Origin: a virus
Lineage: Duplodnaviria > Caudoviricetes
Virus record (IMG/VR): IMGVR_UViG_3300046832_000788
Span: 1 to 35,899 of that record
Strand: one strand, 5' to 3'
DNA: 35,899 nt
Shown: one piece after another, positions 28,468-35,537 of the stretch
How positions within the stretch are numbered: the first letter of the stretch is position 1
How the letters are laid out: each line of letters starts with the position of its first letter
Notes under the pieces: model-generated
The model's input: the letters and a program-made list of their open reading frames with translations, nothing else
What the model was told of the DNA's origin: nothing
Databases searched by the model: none
Position numbers and translations under genes: made by a program

Positions 28468-28856
28468 TCGGTTGGGTCCTTTACTGAGTCCATGGTTTTA
28501 TAAGGGCTCCAAGATCTCAATCTGCTGCCGCAAGTTGAGCAACCTTGGGTCTTACGAAACGCTATGATTTTCCCTGACTCTGTTAGTGCCTGGGAATCCT
28601 GTGTTTTGTCGCCAGACCAGTTTAGGCTGGTTAAGCGCTCGGAGAAGATAAGTCGTGGTCCAGAGTGATGATCACCTGCGACCATAAGAATGTCCGTGCC
28701 GTCGTCCTTAGTCATAATCACGACGCGAACGCGCTCGAGGAACTTGTTGCCGCTAGGCACATCCGCGAGGTTAGTCGTCACCGTGGTGAAATCCTCAACA
28801 ACGCCGGGAGCGATGGCAACTATAGTTGCGGGGAACAGGTCGTGTTTTACCTTCAT
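28464..28856 (-). CDS. Hypothetical protein with C-terminal CxxC
   Basis: ATGA overlaps with both neighbours. Contains GCSTCGSRLRSW. Confidence 0.7.
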   Translation of the reverse strand: MKVKHDLFPATIVAIAPGVVEDFTTVTTNLADVPSGNKFLERVRVVIMTKDDGTDILMVAGDHHSGPRLIFSERLTSLNWSGDKTQDSQALTESGKIIAFRKTQGCSTCGSRLRSWSPYKTMDSVKDPTE

Positions 28857-29344
28857 TGTGAGTTGGCCCTGTCTACTCTACGTTTCATCGCGCGATAGGT
28901 AACTCCTGAAGCACGGGCTAGCTCAGATACGGTAACACCTTTTAGATAAAGTTCTCCTGCGATGACAGTTAGCTGGGTATTCGCGGTGAAAGAAGCAGAC
29001 CCTGGATTTGTGCGGGCGCGATAGCGTCGTGCCAGCGGTGATAAGCGGGCGATTTGAAGTTGCTGATCTACAGGAATCCCAGGTGACGGTGGACGTTTAC
29101 GTCTCAACTTTTGCTTAGGCTTTGGAGGCGTAGGGGTCGCGGTGACGAAAACGCACTCGGGCGTATCCTTGATAACCCAGGAGCGTACGGTTGAGCGACG
29201 CCGTGGAGGGTCAAACGCGTCGGCAATAGACTGAAGGGTCCAGCCTGCATCATTGAGGTCTTTTACCCGACGCCATAGTTGCTCCTTGGAGAGGGAGGCT
29301 AGAAGTTCGGCCTCGCTCTTTGGGAGTTCGGGTGTATGCGCCAT
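28853..29344 (-). CDS. Tandem helix-turn-helix DNA-binding protein
   Basis: Two HTH-like segments (GWTLQSIADAF..RRSTVRSWV; GVTVSELARASGVTYRAMKRR) joined by a Pro/Lys/Arg linker. Apparently leaderless (TGaTACAGT-6 nt-ATG). Confidence 0.75.
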   Translation of the reverse strand: MAHTPELPKSEAELLASLSKEQLWRRVKDLNDAGWTLQSIADAFDPPRRRSTVRSWVIKDTPECVFVTATPTPPKPKQKLRRKRPPSPGIPVDQQLQIARLSPLARRYRARTNPGSASFTANTQLTVIAGELYLKGVTVSELARASGVTYRAMKRRVDRANSQ

Positions 29345-29535
29345 GAGAATACTGTATCACCTTCGAGGACGAATGTGTACAAAAAGCGCTTATAGTATTG
29401 TGTACAAACGGAGCAGAAACAGTGCCTTTTGGTTAAAATGGCTTTGGCGTGAGAAAGGGTTATGTATAGTTTGAGACACTTTCAAAAACGTCTCCAACTA
29501 TTTTTTCATCTTCTGTGCGAGATTTATAAAATGAT

Positions 29536-29574
29536 AAAAAAAGACTGGCCAATGCCTAAGCACTGACCAGCCTT
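29536..29574 (-). terminator. Intrinsic terminator
   Basis: Minus strand GGCTGGTCAGTGC-TTAG-GCATTGGCCAGTC followed by TTTTTTT, just after the PG-binding gene. Confidence 0.88.
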
Positions 29575-29589
29575 CCTTTGTTTAAGAGT

Positions 29590-30069
29590 TTATAGTACTA
29601 CTTGTACGTTGTGATCTCCTTCAAAGATCTTAGTCAACGTTGTAGCATCAACAGATCCAGTTACATCCAAGCCTTTGCTTGCTTGGAAGTTCTTGATAGC
29701 AGCTACAGTCTCATCACCTAGCCAACCATCCTTGTCAGCGTCAGCGTCCTTGAAACCAAGTTCAATGAGGCGACGTTGTAGATGATGGACAGATAGAGAT
29801 TTGCGAGCATATACATTTTTGTAAATGCAATTTGCTAGGAGGACCTCGTCGACGCCATTGCCACTGACAGACTGGTTAGCCTTAGGCGTGTGTGCCTTAG
29901 GCTCCTCGACATGTACAGGTTCAGGCACAACCTCAGGGATTACCTCAGGCTCAGGTGCAGGTGTAGGTTCAACGATAACCTCAGGCTCAACGATTGGAGC
30001 AGGTGCCTTAACGACAGGTGCCTCATCGATGACCGCAGGTTCGATGTGTTCAGTATTTAATTCGTCCAT
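29590..30069 (-). CDS. Peptidoglycan-binding domain protein with Pro/Glu-rich N-terminus
   Basis: VHHLQRRLIELGF...DGWLGDETVAAIKNFQ..KGL.VTGSVD..T matches PG_binding_1. No catalytic domain is evident. Confidence 0.85.
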   Translation of the reverse strand: MDELNTEHIEPAVIDEAPVVKAPAPIVEPEVIVEPTPAPEPEVIPEVVPEPVHVEEPKAHTPKANQSVSGNGVDEVLLANCIYKNVYARKSLSVHHLQRRLIELGFKDADADKDGWLGDETVAAIKNFQASKGLDVTGSVDATTLTKIFEGDHNVQVVL

Positions 30070-30089
30070 GGTGTAATAGTATCCGTATC

Positions 30090-30671
30090 CTAGGACTTTG
30101 ACTTTGTTGGGAATTCAGTGTACCACTTGGTCACCGCAGGCTCGATCGAATCGCCGTCGTATGCATTAGGACCTAGACCCCATGAGCCCCAGTCCTTACC
30201 ACCCGCTGTCATGTAGTAGGCAGCCTTAGCATTTGCTACAGGGTCAAATAAATCGGTAACCTTTACGATACCAATCTTGTCCTGGAACTTAGCTAATCTG
30301 TCAACACCTAGTCCGCCGATCATGTTGATTTGGAATAGGCCGTATGAGTTATCGCCGGTGTTGGCGTTCTTGTTGTGAGCAACAGGGCGCCCACGAGACT
30401 CACGCATGACAACTGCCCATGCTGTTTTAAGAGCCTTGCCTTCAAACCCTGCCGCAGTTAATACTTCTATTAACTCGTAAGGGTCCAGTTGTTTTGCATT
30501 CTCTAGGATTGCAAGCTTGATAACTTGCTCAACCTCTGCTAAATGCAATGGTGCTGCTTGCGTTACAGGCTCAACCGCGTTGCTCGAAAGAGCTGTGATT
30601 GAAGCTATACCGATTGTGATTGCCGTAATATAGGCTACGGTCGACATTGCAATTCCACGTAGTGTAAGCAA
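30090..30671 (-). CDS. Secreted lytic transglycosylase / lysozyme-like protein
   Basis: Hydrophobic N-terminal signal or anchor. Catalytic motif MRESRG, then GDNSYGLFQIN, LFDPVANAKAA and DWGSW. TAAGGAGG RBS before a TTG start. Confidence 0.85.
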   Translation of the reverse strand: MLTLRGIAMSTVAYITAITIGIASITALSSNAVEPVTQAAPLHLAEVEQVIKLAILENAKQLDPYELIEVLTAAGFEGKALKTAWAVVMRESRGRPVAHNKNANTGDNSYGLFQINMIGGLGVDRLAKFQDKIGIVKVTDLFDPVANAKAAYYMTAGGKDWGSWGLGPNAYDGDSIEPAVTKWYTEFPTKSKS

Positions 30672-30857
30672 CGCTAGTTCGCCTCCTTAGGTCGGGGATG
30701 GGACAACCCAGTGATAACTGCTCACTGAGCTTCTTGCTACCGATACGCTCCTCAAGCTTTCGCTTGTCCTCTACCGCTTGCGTATGGCCGGAGATAAGAA
30801 GGGATGACATAGTCGTATCCTTTCGTCTCTCCGTAATTGGCTTTATTGCTAGGCGTA
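30672..30857 (-). ncRNA. Candidate structured cis-regulatory leader RNA upstream of the transglycosylase
   Basis: About 185 nt between an extended -10 (TGGTATAGT, ~30858-30866) and the start codon, containing three to four stems including CAAGC-GAAA-GCTTG. I do not recognise the family. Confidence 0.45.
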
Positions 30858-30901
30858 ACTATACCACGCCGAAAAGCAAAACAGGCACTATTAGGCGCCC
30901 G

Positions 30902-31081
30902 TTAGCTATTTTTTATCTTCTTGATTAAATTGATGGTTGCGTAGATCAGCTTGACAATCAGGCGACCGAAGATGATAGTGAACGTAAAGTCATCTGACTT
31001 CTCTAATCTCCTTGAACGTCGAGTACTCTTTTGCACCGCGTAAATAATCGGGCTGTCGTGTACTAGTCCGCGTAGTGGCAT
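30902..31081 (-). CDS. Small basic protein (59 aa) sharing its N-terminus with the gp10-like tail protein
   Basis: Start reassigned to ATG 31081: GGAGGTGG RBS and TATAAT at 31113-31118. The longer ORF-track version would cross a terminator. Confidence 0.65.
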   Translation of the reverse strand: MPLRGLVHDSPIIYAVQKSTRRSRRLEKSDDFTFTIIFGRLIVKLIYATINLIKKIKNS

Positions 31082-31132
31082 TATCACCACCTCCTCTCCT
31101 GTTGATGGCTTAATTATATCGCCATTTTCAGG

Positions 31133-31170
31133 AAAAGTAAACCCCTCCCCAGGGCGAACCCAGGGAGGGA
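31133..31170 (-). terminator. Intrinsic terminator
   Basis: Minus strand CCCTCCCTGGG-TTCG-CCCTGGGGAGGG followed by GTTTACTTTT. Confidence 0.75.
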
Positions 31171-31176
31171 CTACGT

Positions 31177-31350
31177 TTATACCGTTTGAGCTAGGCACGC
31201 CCATGCCACCGCGGATAACCCTAGGGCTAGGACCAAAGTGCCTCTATCCGGGGATAGAAGGCTCACGAGTACGGCAATGAAGGATAGGACCGCAGCGATT
31301 ACCGCAGGCCAAATGAGGCTTTGCAGCCTCAGCATAAGTCTGTCCAGCAT
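31177..31350 (-). CDS. Small two-helix membrane protein (57 aa)
   Basis: Below the ORF-track cutoff. TAATG-coupled to the HTH gene. Translation: MLDRLMLRLQSLIWPAVIAAVLSFIAVLVSLLSPDRGTLVLALGLSAVAWACLAQTV. Ends just before a terminator. Confidence 0.7.
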   Translation of the reverse strand: MLDRLMLRLQSLIWPAVIAAVLSFIAVLVSLLSPDRGTLVLALGLSAVAWACLAQTV

Positions 31351-31535
31351 TACTTAGTCTTTCGGGTCTTGCCCTTGAGTCGATCTGACGTGTTGCGGAT
31401 GTCTGTACCAGACTCGGCGATAAGCTTGCGAGCCTTGCCGTAGGTAATACCTAGTGCCTGAGCTACCTCATCTACAGACTTCCCGTCTGAGTAAAGCTGA
31501 GCTGCCTGGTTTGGAGTTACTGTTGATGTTGTCAT
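31350..31535 (-). CDS. Small helix-turn-helix protein
   Basis: LYSDGKSVDEVAQALGITYGKARKLIAESG. GAAAGGA RBS. Confidence 0.8.
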   Translation of the reverse strand: MTTSTVTPNQAAQLYSDGKSVDEVAQALGITYGKARKLIAESGTDIRNTSDRLKGKTRKTK

Positions 31536-31579
31536 TGCTTTCCTTTCGTAGGTTTACTTTTGAGCAAAAACGTGACTGC

Positions 31580-32032
31580 TCAAGATTTTGTGCCCTTTTG
31601 AGGCTTTGGTGGAGTTTTTCCATGTTTGTCGCAGAGGGCTCTCCCACCCCACGGGCCACGAGGTTTTATGTTGTTGTCGCAGTCACTACCGTAGCCAGCC
31701 GCATCACACTTGATCTTTGTACCTCGAGTGAAGTTGTTGACGAGCGAGACGATTGCCCGCTTGATTACAGAGTCATTAACTACGAATCCATTTTCTTGAT
31801 GACAGGACCAGCAGAGATACTCGTTCCTGCGATGTGATGGATCTCTGACAGCGTTGTCAGCTCCACACTTGTCGCAAGGCGTAGCTCTCTTTATTAGTCT
31901 TGTTTTATCTCTGTAATGTTCAGCACAGAGAAGGCTGTCGTTTAGCTCATACACAAGTACGTTGGATTCCTGACATACGGAACACGTGTCATAGACATAG
32001 ATGTGTTCTCGTTGGCTTGTACCTTGTGTCAT
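31580..32032 (-). CDS. Multi-zinc-finger protein
   Basis: CSVC..LCAEH, CDKC..CWSC and C..C..LCDKH clusters. GGAGG RBS and its own -10 (TATAGT). Confidence 0.72.
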   Translation of the reverse strand: MTQGTSQREHIYVYDTCSVCQESNVLVYELNDSLLCAEHYRDKTRLIKRATPCDKCGADNAVRDPSHRRNEYLCWSCHQENGFVVNDSVIKRAIVSLVNNFTRGTKIKCDAAGYGSDCDNNIKPRGPWGGRALCDKHGKTPPKPQKGTKS

Positions 32033-32089
32033 TATTCCTCCGTATTTGTCGTTGGTAGAACTATAATCCTTTTTCCTTTACTTGTACAC

Positions 32090-32371
32090 TTACTTTCTAG
32101 GCTGAACTACTCCTAGAAGAGCTACCTGCTTGTGGGCAGCCGCAAGGTTGAAGAAGCGCTCTGCACGGTCATCGTAGACCGAGGCGATAAGTATTGAAGG
32201 AGTGACGAAGGCAACTACACCTGTGACCATCGCTAGAAATCCGATAAGTGTAGGTGAGGTTGCGAAGATACCAATCATGGCGATTGACCATAGACCAGCG
32301 ATTACCTTAAGCGCGAATGAGACTCGGCGAGCTTGGAATCCCTTACGGCGATACTCTTTTACTGTTGACAT
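32090..32371 (-). CDS. Small membrane protein
   Basis: Two hydrophobic helices. GAAAGGA RBS and its own promoter. Confidence 0.72.
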   Translation of the reverse strand: MSTVKEYRRKGFQARRVSFALKVIAGLWSIAMIGIFATSPTLIGFLAMVTGVVAFVTPSILIASVYDDRAERFFNLAAAHKQVALLGVVQPRK

Positions 32372-32399
32372 GTTCTTGTCCTTTCGTCATTGGGTTGTA

Positions 32400-32436
32400 C
32401 AAGATAATTATAACAGGTAAATCAGGAAGATGTAGG
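32400..32436 (-). promoter_or_regulatory. SigA/sigma70-like extended -10 promoter
   Basis: Minus strand TACATCTTCC...CCTGTTATAATTATC, a near copy of the promoter at 32579-32612. Confidence 0.7.
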
Positions 32437-32437
32437 T

Positions 32438-32554
32438 TTATCCTAAGATAAAAGCAATTGCCACTGCGATTGCCACTCCTACGAAGGCACCAACAGGTCC
32501 CGCAACGTCTGCGTACTCGTCTAGCCAATCGATTACCGCTGTGAATGGGTTCAT
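32438..32554 (-). CDS. 38-aa single-pass membrane peptide
   Basis: Below the ORF-track cutoff. Translation: MNPFTAVIDWLDEYADVAGPVGAFVGVAIAVAIAFILG. GGAAGGA RBS and its own promoter. Confidence 0.68.
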   Translation of the reverse strand: MNPFTAVIDWLDEYADVAGPVGAFVGVAIAVAIAFILG

Positions 32555-32578
32555 TTTCTTTCCTTCCGTCGTTGTTAG

Positions 32579-32612
32579 GATAATTATATCAGGAAGGTTG
32601 GGAAAATGTAAC
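32579..32612 (-). promoter_or_regulatory. SigA/sigma70-like extended -10 promoter
   Basis: Minus strand TTACATTTTCC...CCTGATATAATTATC, immediately after the terminase stop codon. Confidence 0.7.
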
Positions 32613-34003
32613 TATCTAACCTTAAAGGTGTTTCTAATATTTGGGATCTTTCGGCCCGCAGGTGACTTGGCGGTAATCCGCCCTCCCACGAATCCCGCAG
32701 GCGGCTTAATGAGTAACGCAGTAAGGGCGTGGACCAACGCGTCAACGCGGTCAGGGGATTTGCCTTCGCCTGGAATCCACGAAGTCATCTGGGACTCTAG
32801 GTCCGCTAGGTAGCCAACGTGGTGGACGCGGTCCTGTTCGTAAGCCAAGGTAATAGGCTCAGCGCGAAGTGCCTTGCCGTGCTTGGAGTGGACCTCAAGA
32901 ACCTTTACAGATGGGTCAATTGTGTTAATGGCGTTTCTTACCAAGGCACCACCTTGGTTTACTTCGGCTACGACAGGGCAACCCCATTTACGAGCCATGG
33001 CAACTACACGGTTAGCCCACACATCCGGTGAGCCTAAGATTGAAGCATCCTCAAGCACCCAGCTCTGACGCTTGTAAAGATCTCTGTCGGCTGTTGATGA
33101 AACAACAACGATTCCGCATTCATCTCGAGGATTCTCGGCAACCGATGGGTCGACGCCGATTACACGCAACGGTGCGTTCATCGCTGTCATTTGGCGAGTC
33201 CTGTCAATAAGCTCTACAGTCCAGAGAGCTCCTTCAACGTCTGAAAGCATCTCACCGTAAAGCTCTTGTGCAGCTAGACGAGTTCCTTCGTACACTCCGA
33301 GGATTCCGTCCATGTAAGCTTGTGAAAGGTTTCCTGTGTTGTCCATGGTTGAACCTTTTGTAATGATTACCTTGCCAGGATTCGCATCAGCCTCACGAAG
33401 TAGCTCATAAAGAAGCGGTACACGTTTTGGAGTAGTGGTAACCATAATTTTTGGATTCTTACCAAGACGAGTGCCAATACGCAAGTTCTCAAACGCCGTA
33501 AGCCCAGCTCCATCTGGAGTCTGACGCCAAGCGGCAACCTCATCTCCCCAAGCGTGTGTGAACTGAGGACCACGAAGAGAATCTGGTTCATCAGCTGTGA
33601 AGCATGTTGCCGTATTTCCATTAGGCCAAGTTAGTCTTCGCTTTGACGGCTCGTACAACGGACGCTCACTTGGAGGTGTAACGTTAATGATTCCTGATTC
33701 ACCTTCAACGATAACGTCACGTACGTCAGCAGCTGTACGAGCTACCAACGCGAAACGGCGTTGACCGGTATTTGTATGTTTAGCTTCTTCACGCACCCAC
33801 TCGGCTGCCGTACGAGTTTTACCAGCACCGCGACCTGCAAGGTACATCCAGATATTCCACTCATCGCCTTCAGGACGTTGCTGTTCGGGACGTCCCCAAA
33901 ACGACCAGTCCCATTGAAGAGCCTCAGGGTCTAGACCTGCTAGAACCTGAGCCTTCTCTTCGTCGGACATGGCCGCAATGAGCTGTGCTAGACTTTTTCC
34001 CAT
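32612..34003 (-). CDS. terL: Terminase large subunit
   Basis: Walker A LAGRGAGKT, LRGPQF..AWGDE (Walker B), VTTTP coupling motif, and nuclease motifs IGVDPS and SPDRVDA. Confidence 0.95.
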   Translation of the reverse strand: MGKSLAQLIAAMSDEEKAQVLAGLDPEALQWDWSFWGRPEQQRPEGDEWNIWMYLAGRGAGKTRTAAEWVREEAKHTNTGQRRFALVARTAADVRDVIVEGESGIINVTPPSERPLYEPSKRRLTWPNGNTATCFTADEPDSLRGPQFTHAWGDEVAAWRQTPDGAGLTAFENLRIGTRLGKNPKIMVTTTPKRVPLLYELLREADANPGKVIITKGSTMDNTGNLSQAYMDGILGVYEGTRLAAQELYGEMLSDVEGALWTVELIDRTRQMTAMNAPLRVIGVDPSVAENPRDECGIVVVSSTADRDLYKRQSWVLEDASILGSPDVWANRVVAMARKWGCPVVAEVNQGGALVRNAINTIDPSVKVLEVHSKHGKALRAEPITLAYEQDRVHHVGYLADLESQMTSWIPGEGKSPDRVDALVHALTALLIKPPAGFVGGRITAKSPAGRKIPNIRNTFKVR

Positions 34004-34033
34004 GTGTACTATAGTACCTTATAAAAGGAAATG

Positions 34034-34948
34034 TTATACGGTGATGTGGTTGTAAATCTCAGATACAACAGTTGCCCAGACTTTAGGAGTATGGGTAAGA
34101 GGTTGATAGCCTCCGGCTCCTCCAATAAGTACTCGCCCCTTTGCATGCTTGTTAGCGATGTCCGCAACGATACGAGCTGCTGCTCTGTATCCAGGATAAT
34201 CAAACGTTAACGAAGATAAAGGATCTGAATGATGTGCATCAGCTCCGGTAGCCAGAAGGACTACATCTGGCTGAAACTCATCAGCTAGGATTTCTATCTC
34301 CTTCATAGCATCTAAGAAGTCTACGTCTCCAGCTTCGCTACTCAACGGCCAATTGTAAGCTCCATTTTCTGGCTCGCTTGCAAGACCAGTGCCTGGGAAG
34401 ATTCCATCCTCGTGAATACTTGCCGTAACTATATTTGGGTATGCCCGCAGGATGTTTTCTACGCCATCGCCATGATGCGCATCCCAGTCGATGTACATAG
34501 GCTTAAGCCCAGCAGCCGAAAATAGCTTAGCGACTAACGCCATGTCATTGAATACACAAAAACCAGACGAGTGGTCGTACTGCGCGTGGTGCTTAGCTCC
34601 CTGCGGATTAAACGCAACCTTTGCTTCGCCGCTAAGAATCTTTTCGTATAGACGAATAGTCCCTGCAGCCATTTCGAGAGCTACGTCACCTAAATGCTGC
34701 TGGTCTGGGTACCATTCACCGCAATGACCTTGGTCAAGAACCTTAGAAATGTACTCATCGCTGTGAACATGATTTAGCAGATCTCTATCAGATTCAGATG
34801 CAGCTGGATCTACCATTACTGGATCTAGTTTTTCAAGAAGCTCTACCGCAAGCTTAGCTCGCATTGGATTTGTCGGATGGCTACCATCGCCAGCTCCTAG
34901 CTGCCAATCTAGGTAGATGTCATCGTAAGCAATATGAAGTTTACTCAT
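34034..34948 (-). CDS. Zn-dependent histone deacetylase family (HDAC/AcuC-like) amidohydrolase
   Basis: HPTNP.R, GAKHHA...SGFCVFND, YIDWDAHHGDG, SIH..GIFPGTG, GADAH.SDPL and GAGGY: the full catalytic motif set. Start at 34948 or 34957. Confidence 0.92.
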   Translation of the reverse strand: MSKLHIAYDDIYLDWQLGAGDGSHPTNPMRAKLAVELLEKLDPVMVDPAASESDRDLLNHVHSDEYISKVLDQGHCGEWYPDQQHLGDVALEMAAGTIRLYEKILSGEAKVAFNPQGAKHHAQYDHSSGFCVFNDMALVAKLFSAAGLKPMYIDWDAHHGDGVENILRAYPNIVTASIHEDGIFPGTGLASEPENGAYNWPLSSEAGDVDFLDAMKEIEILADEFQPDVVLLATGADAHHSDPLSSLTFDYPGYRAAARIVADIANKHAKGRVLIGGAGGYQPLTHTPKVWATVVSEIYNHITV

Positions 34949-35465
34949 CGTTATCATCTACTAGCGCAAGTAGAAATTCTTCGAACTCTTTGTTAATCAA
35001 AACGTAGCGACTACGCTTTTGACGTAGAAGGTTAATTGCATCTTCTGGCTTGTATCCCATTTTGATTAGAGCCAAGGCAGCAGTCAGACCAGAACGATTT
35101 AACCCGGCCTGGCAACGAATTAAAACCTTATTGCCGTTTTGAACTTGGTCAACCGCGTATGAAGCAGCGCGATGCAAAGCTTTCATATCAATGTGAGAGA
35201 TATCAGAATCGTAGAATCCGAAACGTAGTTCCTCAACCATCCAGTCAACTGGATTCGCCCATGCGTAAAGCGTGACAACCGCATCGAACTCATCCTTGGT
35301 GATGTTACGGCTTGTGTGAATGTTTGCAGAGTCTTCGATTGTGTCATCGTCATCTGTACCACCAACCCATAGGTTAGGCAAGATCTCACTCCACAGTGGG
35401 AAGTCCCAGTCAGCGATTTCATGAGCTGGTGCGTAGCCTGTTTCGATGTTAACTATCTTTGCCAT
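34941..35465 (-). CDS. Dual-specificity / tyrosine protein phosphatase
   Basis: CX5R loop VLIRCQAGLNRSG, plus EILPNLWVG and AINLLRQKR. Likely start ATG 35465. Confidence 0.9.
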   Translation of the reverse strand: MAKIVNIETGYAPAHEIADWDFPLWSEILPNLWVGGTDDDDTIEDSANIHTSRNITKDEFDAVVTLYAWANPVDWMVEELRFGFYDSDISHIDMKALHRAASYAVDQVQNGNKVLIRCQAGLNRSGLTAALALIKMGYKPEDAINLLRQKRSRYVLINKEFEEFLLALVDDNDE

Positions 35466-35537
35466 GTTGTTTCTCGTCTCTTTGTCATTTGTCATTTAAT
35501 AATACTATTATAACAGGATAAGTTACCTGTCAGTAAC

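Noticed and set aside
30571-30810. 79-aa minus-strand ORF with a GAAAGGA RBS-like sequence
   Set aside because: Its RBS and ATG lie inside a strong stem, it overlaps the transglycosylase out of frame by ~100 nt, and the product is featureless. A regulatory uORF cannot be fully excluded.
30672-30857. Calling the leader a c-di-AMP (ydaO) or c-di-GMP riboswitch
   Set aside because: The conserved consensus blocks of those families are not evident, so it is reported only as an unassigned structured leader.
31082-31204. N-terminal extension of the 100-aa ORF 30902..31204
   Set aside because: It crosses a terminator and a promoter and overlaps the 57-aa membrane gene. The RBS supports ATG 31081.
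34009-34203. 64-aa minus-strand ORF and similar short nested ORFs
   Set aside because: They are out-of-frame overlaps within well-supported genes, in this case the deacetylase.
281-34727. All plus-strand ORFs in the track (e.g. 3763..4380, 12947..13402, 25378..25779)
   Set aside because: They are antisense shadows of long minus-strand genes, with no recognisable motifs and compositions that mirror the opposite-strand codons.
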